A stretch of 32,000 nucleotides of DNA from Ruminococcus albus 7 = DSM 20455. Its GTDB lineage: Bacteria; Bacillota; Clostridia; Oscillospirales; Ruminococcaceae. Under the pieces are notes generated by a model that saw only the letters and a program-made list of their open reading frames with translations, had not been told where the DNA came from and searched no databases. This document shows positions 23,117 through 31,280 of this stretch, piece after piece. Numbering within the stretch: position 1 is the first letter of the stretch; every line of letters begins with the position of its first letter. Location of the stretch: positions 240,001 to 272,000 of the forward strand of contig NC_014833.1 in NCBI RefSeq assembly GCF_000179635.2, in the 5' to 3' direction. A program made the position numbers and the translations under genes.

Positions 23117-25090
23117 TTATTCTGCTTCTTTTGCGGTCTTTTTCTTGTCGGAATTCTTTTTGTGCTCTGCCTTTTTGATAGTAGCTTTTTTCTTTTCGCT
23201 GTCCTTTTTCACTTCAAAGTACATACAGGAGAAAGGCGGTATATCTATACATACCGACTGTTCAAAGCCGTGCATGGGCACATCCTGTGACTTTACAGTG
23301 CCGTTGGTCATAGGTGCGCCGTCAGGAGAAGCGGAGTTGAATACTTCGGTATACTTGCCTTTGTAAGGCACTCCGAAGCAGTAGCTCTTTCTCTCAACGG
23401 GGACAAAGTTGCAAAGCACTATGACCTCGTTCGCCTCCGCATCAAATCTGCGGAATATGATTATACTCTGTCTGAAATCGTCATTTGCTATCCAGCTGAA
23501 TCCCGACCAGTCGAAGTCTTTCTGCCAGAACTGAGGATGGTCGAGATAGAAGCGGTTCAGCCGTTTTGAGAACGCGTGGTAGTTGCGGTGGTTCTCGTAT
23601 TCTTCTACAAGGAACCATTCAAGACCGTTCTCGTAGTCCCACTCCCTGAACTGGGCGAACTCTGTGCCCATGAACATAAGCTTCTTGCCGGGGTGAGCCA
23701 TCATATATGCATTGAACAGCTTGCACTGCTCAAACTTTTTATCAACATCTCCGCCGTACATCTTGTTTACCAGCGAAGCTTTTCCGTGTACTACTTCATC
23801 ATGGGATATAGGCAGTACGAAATTCTCCGAAAATGCGTAGAAGAACGAGAAGGTCAGCATATCGTGATGGAATGCTCTGTCTATGGGGTCATAGCTCATA
23901 TATTTGAGCATATCGTTCATCCAGCCCATGTTCCACTTGAAGTTGAAGCCAAGACCGCCATCGCTGACCGGCTTTGTTACCATTGGCCATGCGGTGGATT
24001 CTTCGGCTATCATAAGCACTGTGGGGCATCTGGAGAATACGGCTGTATTCAGGTCACGAAGGAACTGTACAGCTTCGAGGTTCTCGTGACCGCCGTAGAT
24101 ATTTGGTGTCCATTCGCCGTCGCGTCTGTCATAATCGAGGTACAGCATGGAGGCTACTGCATCAACACGCAGACCGTCGATATGGTACTGTTCTATCCAG
24201 TACAGCGCGTTGGAGATAAGGAAGCTTTTTACTTCTCCTCTTCCATAGTCGAAAACTCTTGTGCCCCATGCGAGATGGTCACGCTTTTTAGGGTCGGCAT
24301 ACTCATAGCTTGCGCCGCCGTCAAATTCAAACAGACCTGCCTCGTCCCTTGGAAAATGTGCGGGTACCCAGTCGAGGATAACGGATATCCCTGCCTGATG
24401 GAACAGGTCTATCATCGCCATGAACTCGTGGGGAGTACCAAAACGTGAGGTCGGTGCATAGTAGCCTATGCCCTGATAACCCCAGGAACCGTCAAAGGGG
24501 AATTCTGCCAGGGGCATGAATTCGATGTGGGTATAGCCCATATCCTTGAGGTAAGGTATTATCGTATTTGCAAATTTGGTATACGAATAGTACACACCGT
24601 CATCGCAGGACTTCCACGAATTCAGGTGAACTTCGTATATATTCATTGGGCAGTTGTAAACGTCCTTGGTCTTGCGTTCCTTCTGCCACTTATCGTCTTT
24701 CCATTTATAGCCTTCGATATCGAATATCTTTGAGCCGGTCTGGGGCTTCAGCTCCATATGTGTACCATAGGGGTCAGCCTTGCAGCGGCGTTTGCCGTCG
24801 CAGCCGACTATGGAGAATTTATATGTATCAAATGTCTTCATGCCCGGGACGAATACTTCCCAGACTTCCGACTTTTCAAGCTGCTGCATAGGTGTGGCGT
24901 TATCATCCCAGTTGTTGAAATCGCCTACCAGTGATACTGCGCGTGCCTTGGCAGCCCATACTCTGAAATAATAACCGTCATTTCCGTCTTTTACGCCTTT
25001 ATGGCAGCCGAGAAAACGGTATGTTTCATAATTTGTTCCGTTGTGGAAAAGGTATAGAGGTATCTCATATTCCTGAGGCATCTTATCCAT
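23117..25090 (-). CDS. glgB: 1,4-alpha-glucan branching enzyme with a Lys-rich C-terminal tail
   Basis: GH13 motifs are present (...DWVPAHF...GLRVDAVASM...AEESTAWP...SHDEVVHGK...). The start is set at ATG 25090 (SD aaggagg). The last 30 or so residues are KKDSEKKKATIKKAEHKKNSDKKKTAKEAE. Confidence 0.95.
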   Translation of the reverse strand: MDKMPQEYEIPLYLFHNGTNYETYRFLGCHKGVKDGNDGYYFRVWAAKARAVSLVGDFNNWDDNATPMQQLEKSEVWEVFVPGMKTFDTYKFSIVGCDGKRRCKADPYGTHMELKPQTGSKIFDIEGYKWKDDKWQKERKTKDVYNCPMNIYEVHLNSWKSCDDGVYYSYTKFANTIIPYLKDMGYTHIEFMPLAEFPFDGSWGYQGIGYYAPTSRFGTPHEFMAMIDLFHQAGISVILDWVPAHFPRDEAGLFEFDGGASYEYADPKKRDHLAWGTRVFDYGRGEVKSFLISNALYWIEQYHIDGLRVDAVASMLYLDYDRRDGEWTPNIYGGHENLEAVQFLRDLNTAVFSRCPTVLMIAEESTAWPMVTKPVSDGGLGFNFKWNMGWMNDMLKYMSYDPIDRAFHHDMLTFSFFYAFSENFVLPISHDEVVHGKASLVNKMYGGDVDKKFEQCKLFNAYMMAHPGKKLMFMGTEFAQFREWDYENGLEWFLVEEYENHRNYHAFSKRLNRFYLDHPQFWQKDFDWSGFSWIANDDFRQSIIIFRRFDAEANEVIVLCNFVPVERKSYCFGVPYKGKYTEVFNSASPDGAPMTNGTVKSQDVPMHGFEQSVCIDIPPFSCMYFEVKKDSEKKKATIKKAEHKKNSDKKKTAKEAE

Positions 25091-25144
25091 GAAAACTCTT
25101 TCCTCCTTTGTTTGCAAGGCATAGCAATACCTTTTTATACATCT

Positions 25145-25173
25145 ATTTTAACTCTTATTTCATATTTTTTCAA
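25145..25173 (-). promoter_or_regulatory. sigma-A promoter of the glg operon
   Basis: The minus strand reads TTGAAA (25173-25168), a 17-nt spacer, then TAAAAT (25150-25145). Confidence 0.55.
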
Positions 25174-25303
25174 GGGGTTTTGTGATTTTTTTCAAGTTCT
25201 TACATATTTTAATCAGTTGTTTTGTGTAATTGGTATATCGCATTAATAAAAAATACACGCCAATATAGTAATATATTTACATTTATGAATTTTTATACAT
25301 AAT

Positions 25304-27613
25304 TCATTCTTTTTGTGTGCCGATGCGCACTGCCATGATAGTAATATCATCGCCTCTCATGCCTTTGCGGCGGTCGTTAACGAACTCTCCGAGCTGCTGT
25401 ACGAGCTCATTGATATCGCATCCGTCAGATGCTGCGGCAGTGTCTGCGATGAGCTGTGAGGATACATCATCGGCACCATCGGAAGTCATTATTATAAGAT
25501 CGCCGTCAAACAGTTTTATCTCACACTTGTCTGGCGGACAATCTGACAGTATCCCTGCGGGGAACGAGATCTCTCCCAGCGGCATAGCCGAACCGTCACG
25601 GCACAGCCAGCTGCTGACAGCGCCGGCTTTCAGTAAAGAAGCCCGTCCGCCGCACAGATCCAGTCTGAGGATATCCATTGTGGCAAAGCTTTCTTCCCAG
25701 CCTTTTACCCTCAGCATGGAGGATACCAGCCTGTGTACGGTGGTAAGCGAAAGCCCTGAGGTGATAAGCTTGCGGCTAAGGCTGACGGTGAATGATGAAT
25801 CGAGCCTTGCACGCTTGCCTGTGCCCATACCGTCGGAAAGCACGAGATATTTCTCGCAGCCGTCCACATCGAAGATATCATAACTGTCACCTGAATATTC
25901 ACCGCTTGCAGATGCAGAAAATACTGCGGTCTCTGCGGTAAATGCAGGGAGTTCGGCAAAGGATATCCTTGTAATGCCGTTGTCGCCTGTTATATCAGGC
26001 AGCCCCATATCACAATCCAGTATAGATGATACCGAGGCTGTAAGCATAGCGATATCTCCTGAAAAGCTGCCTTTTATAAAGGCATCGGCTCTGCAGCAGA
26101 GGTCATTGTCCACATAAACGCAGACTCTGGCTCCGCGGTATCCCATTACAGCCAGCTGTTCGCGGACGCTCTCTGATAGTCCCGTATCAATGGAATGCAC
26201 CTGTGATGAACGGTACGAGAGGTCGGAAAGGATATCCTCCATGGAGAGGAGCTGGTCTGTCAGCATGGTGCGAAGCTCCTTCATTCGGATATTTTCAGCC
26301 TTATCCTCAAGGATGTGCTTTTCAAGGTCATTGAAGGCTTCGCAAACCAGTGCGGGTCTGTCGCAGCAGCCAACGTTACTGCGAACCTGCTCGTCGGTTA
26401 TGCTGCCGCCACAGTCGAGGATCATCTGCAGTTTATCAAAAGCACCTGCTGTACTATCGTTTTTCTCGAAGCATAGTCTGTATGAAGGGCAGTCGGTACA
26501 AACACAGCGCCTTACCTCCGATGAAGCAGTTCGTGAAGCGGTATTTCTGTCCATAGTAACAGTTACCATATCGAGCTGCCTGCGTATTTCGCCAAGGGTC
26601 TGACCTGCCAGCATCAGCCGTGCGGCAGTAGTCTGCCCTATGAGTTCGGGAGTACTGCGGAAGCCTGATATACGCTTGCCCATGCGTTTTATCTTGTCCG
26701 AAGGTATCATCAGGAACATGAGAGAACCTGCAACGATATCCGCGAACATATGATATGTATCACCGTTGATGCCGACAGCTACAAGGCTTATGAGGGCAGT
26801 TACAAGAAAGCTCATGACCTCTGCCAGCCTGCCGAATTGTACGAATACTCCGCATATCAGCCCGGCTGTTGCGAGAAGAAGTGTGTTCCTTGCAAGACTC
26901 GGATCACATATCAGTACTCCGCAGGCTGTCAGTGCACCTGCCACTGCACCGCCGAAACTTCTGTATCTTCGTGCGGCTTGCAGAAGAATGAACGCACCGA
27001 TGGTCCTTCCGAGGTTCACGACGAATAAATTCACCGAGGCGGTAATACTCACGGCAATTATGCACAGCATACCTGCGAATACTCCGTTGATACCGGTAAG
27101 ATCGTATATACCGCTGCGCTTTGATGCGGTGCGGATCGTCATGGTGATGAATACCGTACAGCCTGCAAGAAGTGAATTTATCATCCTCATTGAAGCATGG
27201 TAGAAATCGCCGGGGATAGCTGCTGTTATAACGCATGAGAACAGCATAAGTACACCTGATACTACCAGTGAGCGGTAAACAGGCTCATCGCGTTTGTCAC
27301 CGAGGGGGTCGATGAAGTGGATGGCTGTTATTACCAGCACAGAGCATATCTGCACTATCCCTGCCTCGATACCGCGGTTCAGGATGAACGCAAGCAGCGT
27401 CCCGAGAAATACGGCGGGTGAATTATCACCTGCCAGAGATGCTGCCGCTGCGCACATGAAAGACGGAAATCCGAGTGTGACGGAAAGTCCTGTCAGGAGC
27501 CCGCATATGAATGCGCCTATACGATACTGCCATTTTTTTACTGCCGCCCTTTTGGAAGACCTCTGTTTTGCACCGGCTGATCCGGAGGGAGCTGTTTTTA
27601 CATTTTGAAACAT
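25304..27613 (-). CDS. spoIIE: stage II sporulation protein E (membrane PP2C phosphatase)
   Basis: A multi-TM N-terminal region is followed by a C-terminal PP2C domain (GEYSGDSYDIF...LVLSDGMGTGKRA...FATMDILRLDL...IIMTSDGA). The start is either ATG 27613 or the upstream GTG 27622. Confidence 0.9.
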   Translation of the reverse strand: MFQNVKTAPSGSAGAKQRSSKRAAVKKWQYRIGAFICGLLTGLSVTLGFPSFMCAAAASLAGDNSPAVFLGTLLAFILNRGIEAGIVQICSVLVITAIHFIDPLGDKRDEPVYRSLVVSGVLMLFSCVITAAIPGDFYHASMRMINSLLAGCTVFITMTIRTASKRSGIYDLTGINGVFAGMLCIIAVSITASVNLFVVNLGRTIGAFILLQAARRYRSFGGAVAGALTACGVLICDPSLARNTLLLATAGLICGVFVQFGRLAEVMSFLVTALISLVAVGINGDTYHMFADIVAGSLMFLMIPSDKIKRMGKRISGFRSTPELIGQTTAARLMLAGQTLGEIRRQLDMVTVTMDRNTASRTASSEVRRCVCTDCPSYRLCFEKNDSTAGAFDKLQMILDCGGSITDEQVRSNVGCCDRPALVCEAFNDLEKHILEDKAENIRMKELRTMLTDQLLSMEDILSDLSYRSSQVHSIDTGLSESVREQLAVMGYRGARVCVYVDNDLCCRADAFIKGSFSGDIAMLTASVSSILDCDMGLPDITGDNGITRISFAELPAFTAETAVFSASASGEYSGDSYDIFDVDGCEKYLVLSDGMGTGKRARLDSSFTVSLSRKLITSGLSLTTVHRLVSSMLRVKGWEESFATMDILRLDLCGGRASLLKAGAVSSWLCRDGSAMPLGEISFPAGILSDCPPDKCEIKLFDGDLIIMTSDGADDVSSQLIADTAAASDGCDINELVQQLGEFVNDRRKGMRGDDITIMAVRIGTQKE

Positions 27614-27682
27614 ATTTCTCACGTCCTACGAATAGAATAGTAAGTATATTCTATCATCAGGTATACGTGAAAAATGTCACAA

Positions 27683-28543
27683 TCACATGAGTTTTTTCAG
27701 TTCTTCCCCGAACCTCACGAACTCCTTCATAAGAAGCTGTTCGGGACGGACGTTTGCCTGAAGACCGCTGTTTTCCACTGCTGCGGCGACCGTCTGCTTA
27801 TCTGCGCCGAGTCCTGCGGACACGGAGTTCACCAGAGTTTTTCTGCGCTGAGAGAAAGCGGCTCTTACCATCTTGAAGAAGAATGCTTCGTCAGTTACGC
27901 CTTCCGGGGTGTTCTCCTTGATATCGAACCGTACGACACAGCTGTCAACATTCGGGGCAGGCATGAAACTGCCGCGTGAAACATTGAAAAGTATCTTAGG
28001 CTCTGAAAAGTAGTTCACTGCCACCGTGACAGCGCCCATATCCCTTGTGCCGAGGGGAGCGCATAGCCTTGTACCTGCTTCTTTCTGCACCATGACGGTC
28101 ACGGAGCGTATCCTCAGACGCTGTTCAAGCAGCATCATGAGTATTGGTGAGGTTATATAGTAGGGGAGGTTCGCACATACGGCTACCTCCATTCCGCTGA
28201 ATTCATCTTCGATGAGTTTATGCAGATCGACTTTCATTACATCTGCATTTATTACTTTGACATTATCATGCTCTGCAAGCGTTTCCTCAAGCACGGGGAT
28301 GAGGCGGTCATCTATCTCGATGGCTACGACCTTATCGGCACGCTTTGCAAGTTCATTGGTCAGCACGCCTACGCCTGTGCCTATCTCTATCACACCGTAG
28401 CCTGCCTTTGCGTTGCCCATTTCGGCTATGCGGGGGCATACCGATGGGTTTACAAGGAAATTCTGCCCCAGTGCTTTTGAGAATGTAAAACCGTGGCGCT
28501 GCATAACATCTTTAATAACGCCTATATTTGATAGATTGTCCAT
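27683..28543 (-). CDS. rsmA: 16S rRNA (adenine1518/1519-N6)-dimethyltransferase
   Basis: The sequence contains FTFSKALGQNFLVNPSV...VIEIGTGVGVLT...ANLPYYITSPI. Confidence 0.95.
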   Translation of the reverse strand: MDNLSNIGVIKDVMQRHGFTFSKALGQNFLVNPSVCPRIAEMGNAKAGYGVIEIGTGVGVLTNELAKRADKVVAIEIDDRLIPVLEETLAEHDNVKVINADVMKVDLHKLIEDEFSGMEVAVCANLPYYITSPILMMLLEQRLRIRSVTVMVQKEAGTRLCAPLGTRDMGAVTVAVNYFSEPKILFNVSRGSFMPAPNVDSCVVRFDIKENTPEGVTDEAFFFKMVRAAFSQRRKTLVNSVSAGLGADKQTVAAAVENSGLQANVRPEQLLMKEFVRFGEELKKLM

Positions 28544-29095
28544 TATCTTCTCCCCGTTTATCTCTTATTTGTCTGATGCATCGGACTTACAGATCTGTGT
28601 ACATCTGATGAAGTTTTCTGACGTTTTATTTTGTATTACGACAGTAAACAAAGTATTTTGTTATTTATGTTAATTTTCAGATATAAAACGATAATATAAT
28701 TTTAACATATAACCGCCTGTAAGTCAATAGGCAAGAGCATTATTTCACATATATTGGATATACTGATAAGGAAATATGTCAGCAGGCATCTGCTGATGAA
28801 AATGGAGGAACAAGTTGTGAATAATACAGGATATTATGCGGATATCGAGATGACCGCAAGGACATCCAGGATCACGGGACACAGAGGTTTTTCGGGGATA
28901 AATGCTGAGAACTATGGGGCGGTAAAACGGCTTTGCAAAGGTCGCAGCAGTGTGGAAACTGCATTGGGAATGTCTGCGGAGGCAGCCGCATACGGTGCTG
29001 ACTGCAGGCATTGATCCTATATAAAATAAGGTATGATTTGTTATTTTACACAAGAAATCTTTTTATTACCTTAACAAATTCTATATGGAAAACTG

Positions 29096-29124
29096 TTGAA
29101 ATTATCCCGAGAATATTGTACAAT
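29096..29124 (+). promoter_or_regulatory. sigma-A promoter of the pur operon leader
   Basis: TTGAAA (29096-29101), a 17-nt spacer, then TACAAT (29119-29124). Confidence 0.6.
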
Positions 29125-29130
29125 ATGTAT

Positions 29131-29351
29131 GTGATATCGGGAGGGCTGACCCTTCCGGAGCCGCATGGTCGGGATGGGAGTAGGTATGATGTATTCGGGG
29201 ATATCTAAAAGTTCAGAAACTTTATATTCCATGGGCGGAGCAACAGACGGCTGCCGTTCTGTATCATCACACTCTTATTACACCCTCATGTGTGCTGAAT
29301 GTAACAATTATGACCTAATTTGAACTGCAACGCAATAGTTGCAGTTTTTTT
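29131..29351 (+). promoter_or_regulatory. structured 5' leader of purE ending in an intrinsic terminator (candidate riboswitch or attenuator, class not recognised)
   Basis: It lies between the promoter and the purE SD. Hand-found helices are gatatc...gatatc enclosing 29133-29205, cgggaggg ctga cccttccg, aaagtt caga aacttt, and cagacgg ctg ccgt(t)ctg. The terminator is at 29323-29351. Confidence 0.5.
29323..29351 (+). terminator. intrinsic terminator immediately upstream of purE
   Basis: aactgcaac gcaata gttgcagtt followed by TTTTTTT. It ends 28 nt before the purE ATG. Confidence 0.8.
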
Positions 29352-29378
29352 GGTTTGATGAAGGAGTTAGATGCTGAT

Positions 29379-29876
29379 ATGAAGAAAGTAGCAGTTATCA
29401 TGGGTTCAGACAGCGATTTCCCTGTAGTATCCAAGGCTTGTGCTGAGCTGAAGGCTTATGGTGTTCCTTATGAATGTCATGTTATGAGCGCTCACAGAAC
29501 ACCTGCCCTTGCTGCTGATTTTGCAGACAAGGCTAAGGCTGAGGGCTTTGGTGTTATAATTTGCGCTGCGGGAATGGCTGCACATCTTGCAGGTGTTATC
29601 GCAGGACACACTACACTGCCTGTTATAGGCATCCCCTGCAAGTCGAGCAATCTTGACGGCCTTGATGCGCTGCTCGCTACAGTACAGATGCCCAGCGGCA
29701 TACCTGTTGCGACTGTTGCGATAGACGGTGCTAAGAATGCTGCTTTGCTGGCAATACAGATGCTGGCACTGTCGGACGAAGGTCTGGCTGAGAAGCTTGA
29801 AAAGGCAAAGGCAGATATGATAGACGGCGTCAAGGCTAAGGACGCTGCTCTTCAGGAAAAGCTGGCTGCGCTGTGA
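29379..29876 (+). CDS. purE: 5-(carboxyamino)imidazole ribonucleotide mutase (class I-like PurE)
   Basis: [16 protein letters not shown]...SAHRTP...[24 protein letters not shown].... The start is set at ATG 29379 (SD aaggag upstream) rather than the track start at 29355, which lies just after the terminator U-tract. Confidence 0.9.
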   Translation: MKKVAVIMGSDSDFPVVSKACAELKAYGVPYECHVMSAHRTPALAADFADKAKAEGFGVIICAAGMAAHLAGVIAGHTTLPVIGIPCKSSNLDGLDALLATVQMPSGIPVATVAIDGAKNAALLAIQMLALSDEGLAEKLEKAKADMIDGVKAKDAALQEKLAAL

Positions 29877-30526
29877 GCAGATACAAGGTATTGCTGTTCG
29901 ATCTGGACGGCACACTGCTGGATACTGCCCCGGGCATAATTCGCATAGTAAGATATACTATGGAGAAAATGGGACTGGAGGAGCCTGCTGAGATAAGGCG
30001 GTTCCTGGGTCCTCCGTTATTCAGGTCGATGAAGGATTTCTGCGGTCTGGATGATGAACGTGCATGGGAAGCGGTGAGGATATACCGTGAGAAATATCCT
30101 GTGGACGGACTGCTTGAATCGGAAAGATTCGACGGAGTTGAAGATCTGCTTGGAACACTGAAGGACATCGGATATGTTCTCGGAGTGGCTACAAGCAAAC
30201 CTGAGCCGTTTGCAAGAAATCTGCTGGAACACTTTGATATGGCAAAGTATTTCACGTTTATCGGAGGCTCCGGTGTGGATGGCGCAAGGGACACCAAGCG
30301 TGAGGTGATAGAGTATGTGCTGGAAGCACTGAATGTCACTGACAGGAGCAGGGTGCTGATGATAGGCGACAGACAGCATGATATCATAGGAGCGAATGAA
30401 TGCGGACTTGAAAGCCTGTACGTGCTCTGGGGATACGGCAGCAGAGAAGAAGCGAAGGAATGCGGTGCGCCCGCGATAGCGGAAACACCTGCGGACTGCC
30501 GCAAATATATAATGTCACAAATTTAA
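29873..30526 (+). CDS. HAD-superfamily hydrolase (phosphoglycolate phosphatase/PpaX-like)
   Basis: LLFDLDGTLLDT (motif I), ...VATSK... (motif II) and ...MIGDRQHDIIGA (motif IV). The GTG start overlaps the purE stop (GTGA). Confidence 0.8.
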   Translation: MSRYKVLLFDLDGTLLDTAPGIIRIVRYTMEKMGLEEPAEIRRFLGPPLFRSMKDFCGLDDERAWEAVRIYREKYPVDGLLESERFDGVEDLLGTLKDIGYVLGVATSKPEPFARNLLEHFDMAKYFTFIGGSGVDGARDTKREVIEYVLEALNVTDRSRVLMIGDRQHDIIGANECGLESLYVLWGYGSREEAKECGAPAIAETPADCRKYIMSQI

Positions 30527-30557
30527 GTTAAGATAAACATTTCAGGAGGTAATCGTT

Positions 30558-31277
30558 ATGGCAAATGTAGTAAAGGGAGAGCAGCTCTACGAGGGTAAGG
30601 CAAAGAAGGTATACGCTACCAATGATCCCGACCTGGTGATCGTTGATTACAAGGACGATGCTACCGCTTTCAATGGTGAGAAGAAGGGTACTATCGTAGG
30701 TAAGGGCGTTATCAACAACAGAATGACCAACTTCATGTTCAAGAAGCTTGAAGCAGCAGGCGTTCCCACCCACCTTGTAGAAGAGCTGAGCGACAGAGAG
30801 ACTCTGGTAAAGAAGGTTTCTATCGTTCCTCTGGAGGTAATAATCAGAAACGTTGCAGCAGGCAGCTTCTCCAAGAGAATGGGCGTTCCCGAGGGCAAGG
30901 AGCTCCTGACACCAATACTGGAATTCAGCTACAAGAACGATGATCTGGGCGATCCTTTCATAAATGATTACTATGCACTGGCACTGGGTCTGGCTACAAA
31001 GGAAGAACTGGATACCATCGCTAAGTATGCGTTTGCTGTTAACAGCTTCATGGTAGATTTCTTCAAGGGCGTAGGCGTTGATCTTATAGACTTCAAGATC
31101 GAGTTCGGTAAGACTTCTGACGGTACTATAATCCTCGCTGACGAGATCTCTCCCGATACCTGCCGTTTCTGGGACAGCAAGACCCACGAGAAGCTTGACA
31201 AGGATCGTTTCCGCAGAGATATGGGCGGCGTTGAGGACGCATATCAGGAAATGATGAAGAGAGTCCTGGGAGAATAA
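30558..31277 (+). CDS. purC: phosphoribosylaminoimidazole-succinocarboxamide (SAICAR) synthase
   Basis: The sequence contains [35 protein letters not shown]...LIDFKIEFG...[16 protein letters not shown] aggagg lies upstream. Confidence 0.95.
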   Translation: MANVVKGEQLYEGKAKKVYATNDPDLVIVDYKDDATAFNGEKKGTIVGKGVINNRMTNFMFKKLEAAGVPTHLVEELSDRETLVKKVSIVPLEVIIRNVAAGSFSKRMGVPEGKELLTPILEFSYKNDDLGDPFINDYYALALGLATKEELDTIAKYAFAVNSFMVDFFKGVGVDLIDFKIEFGKTSDGTIILADEISPDTCRFWDSKTHEKLDKDRFRRDMGGVEDAYQEMMKRVLGE

Positions 31278-31280
31278 TAT

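Noticed and set aside
23145-24971. Plus-strand ORFs inside glgB (for example 23576-24448, 290 aa)
   Set aside because: They are antisense to a full-length GH13 branching enzyme. The sequence is not protein-like and has no SD.
28880-29000. Fragments resembling FMN (uucgggg...ggcgguaaaa...gucug) or TPP (gcugaga) riboswitch cores within the GC-rich island
   Set aside because: Only short isolated strings match. The flanking conserved helices (AGGGUGAAAUUCCC of FMN; ACCC...AACCUGAUC...GGGA of TPP) are absent, and no downstream gene is positioned to be regulated.
29131-29351. Calling the purE leader a guanine/adenine, ZTP (pfl) or PRPP/ykkC riboswitch
   Set aside because: I looked for the invariant cores of each class and could not find them. 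Only loose similarity appears (UUCCGG...UGGUC...GGGAU). I have left it as an unclassified leader pending a covariance-model search.
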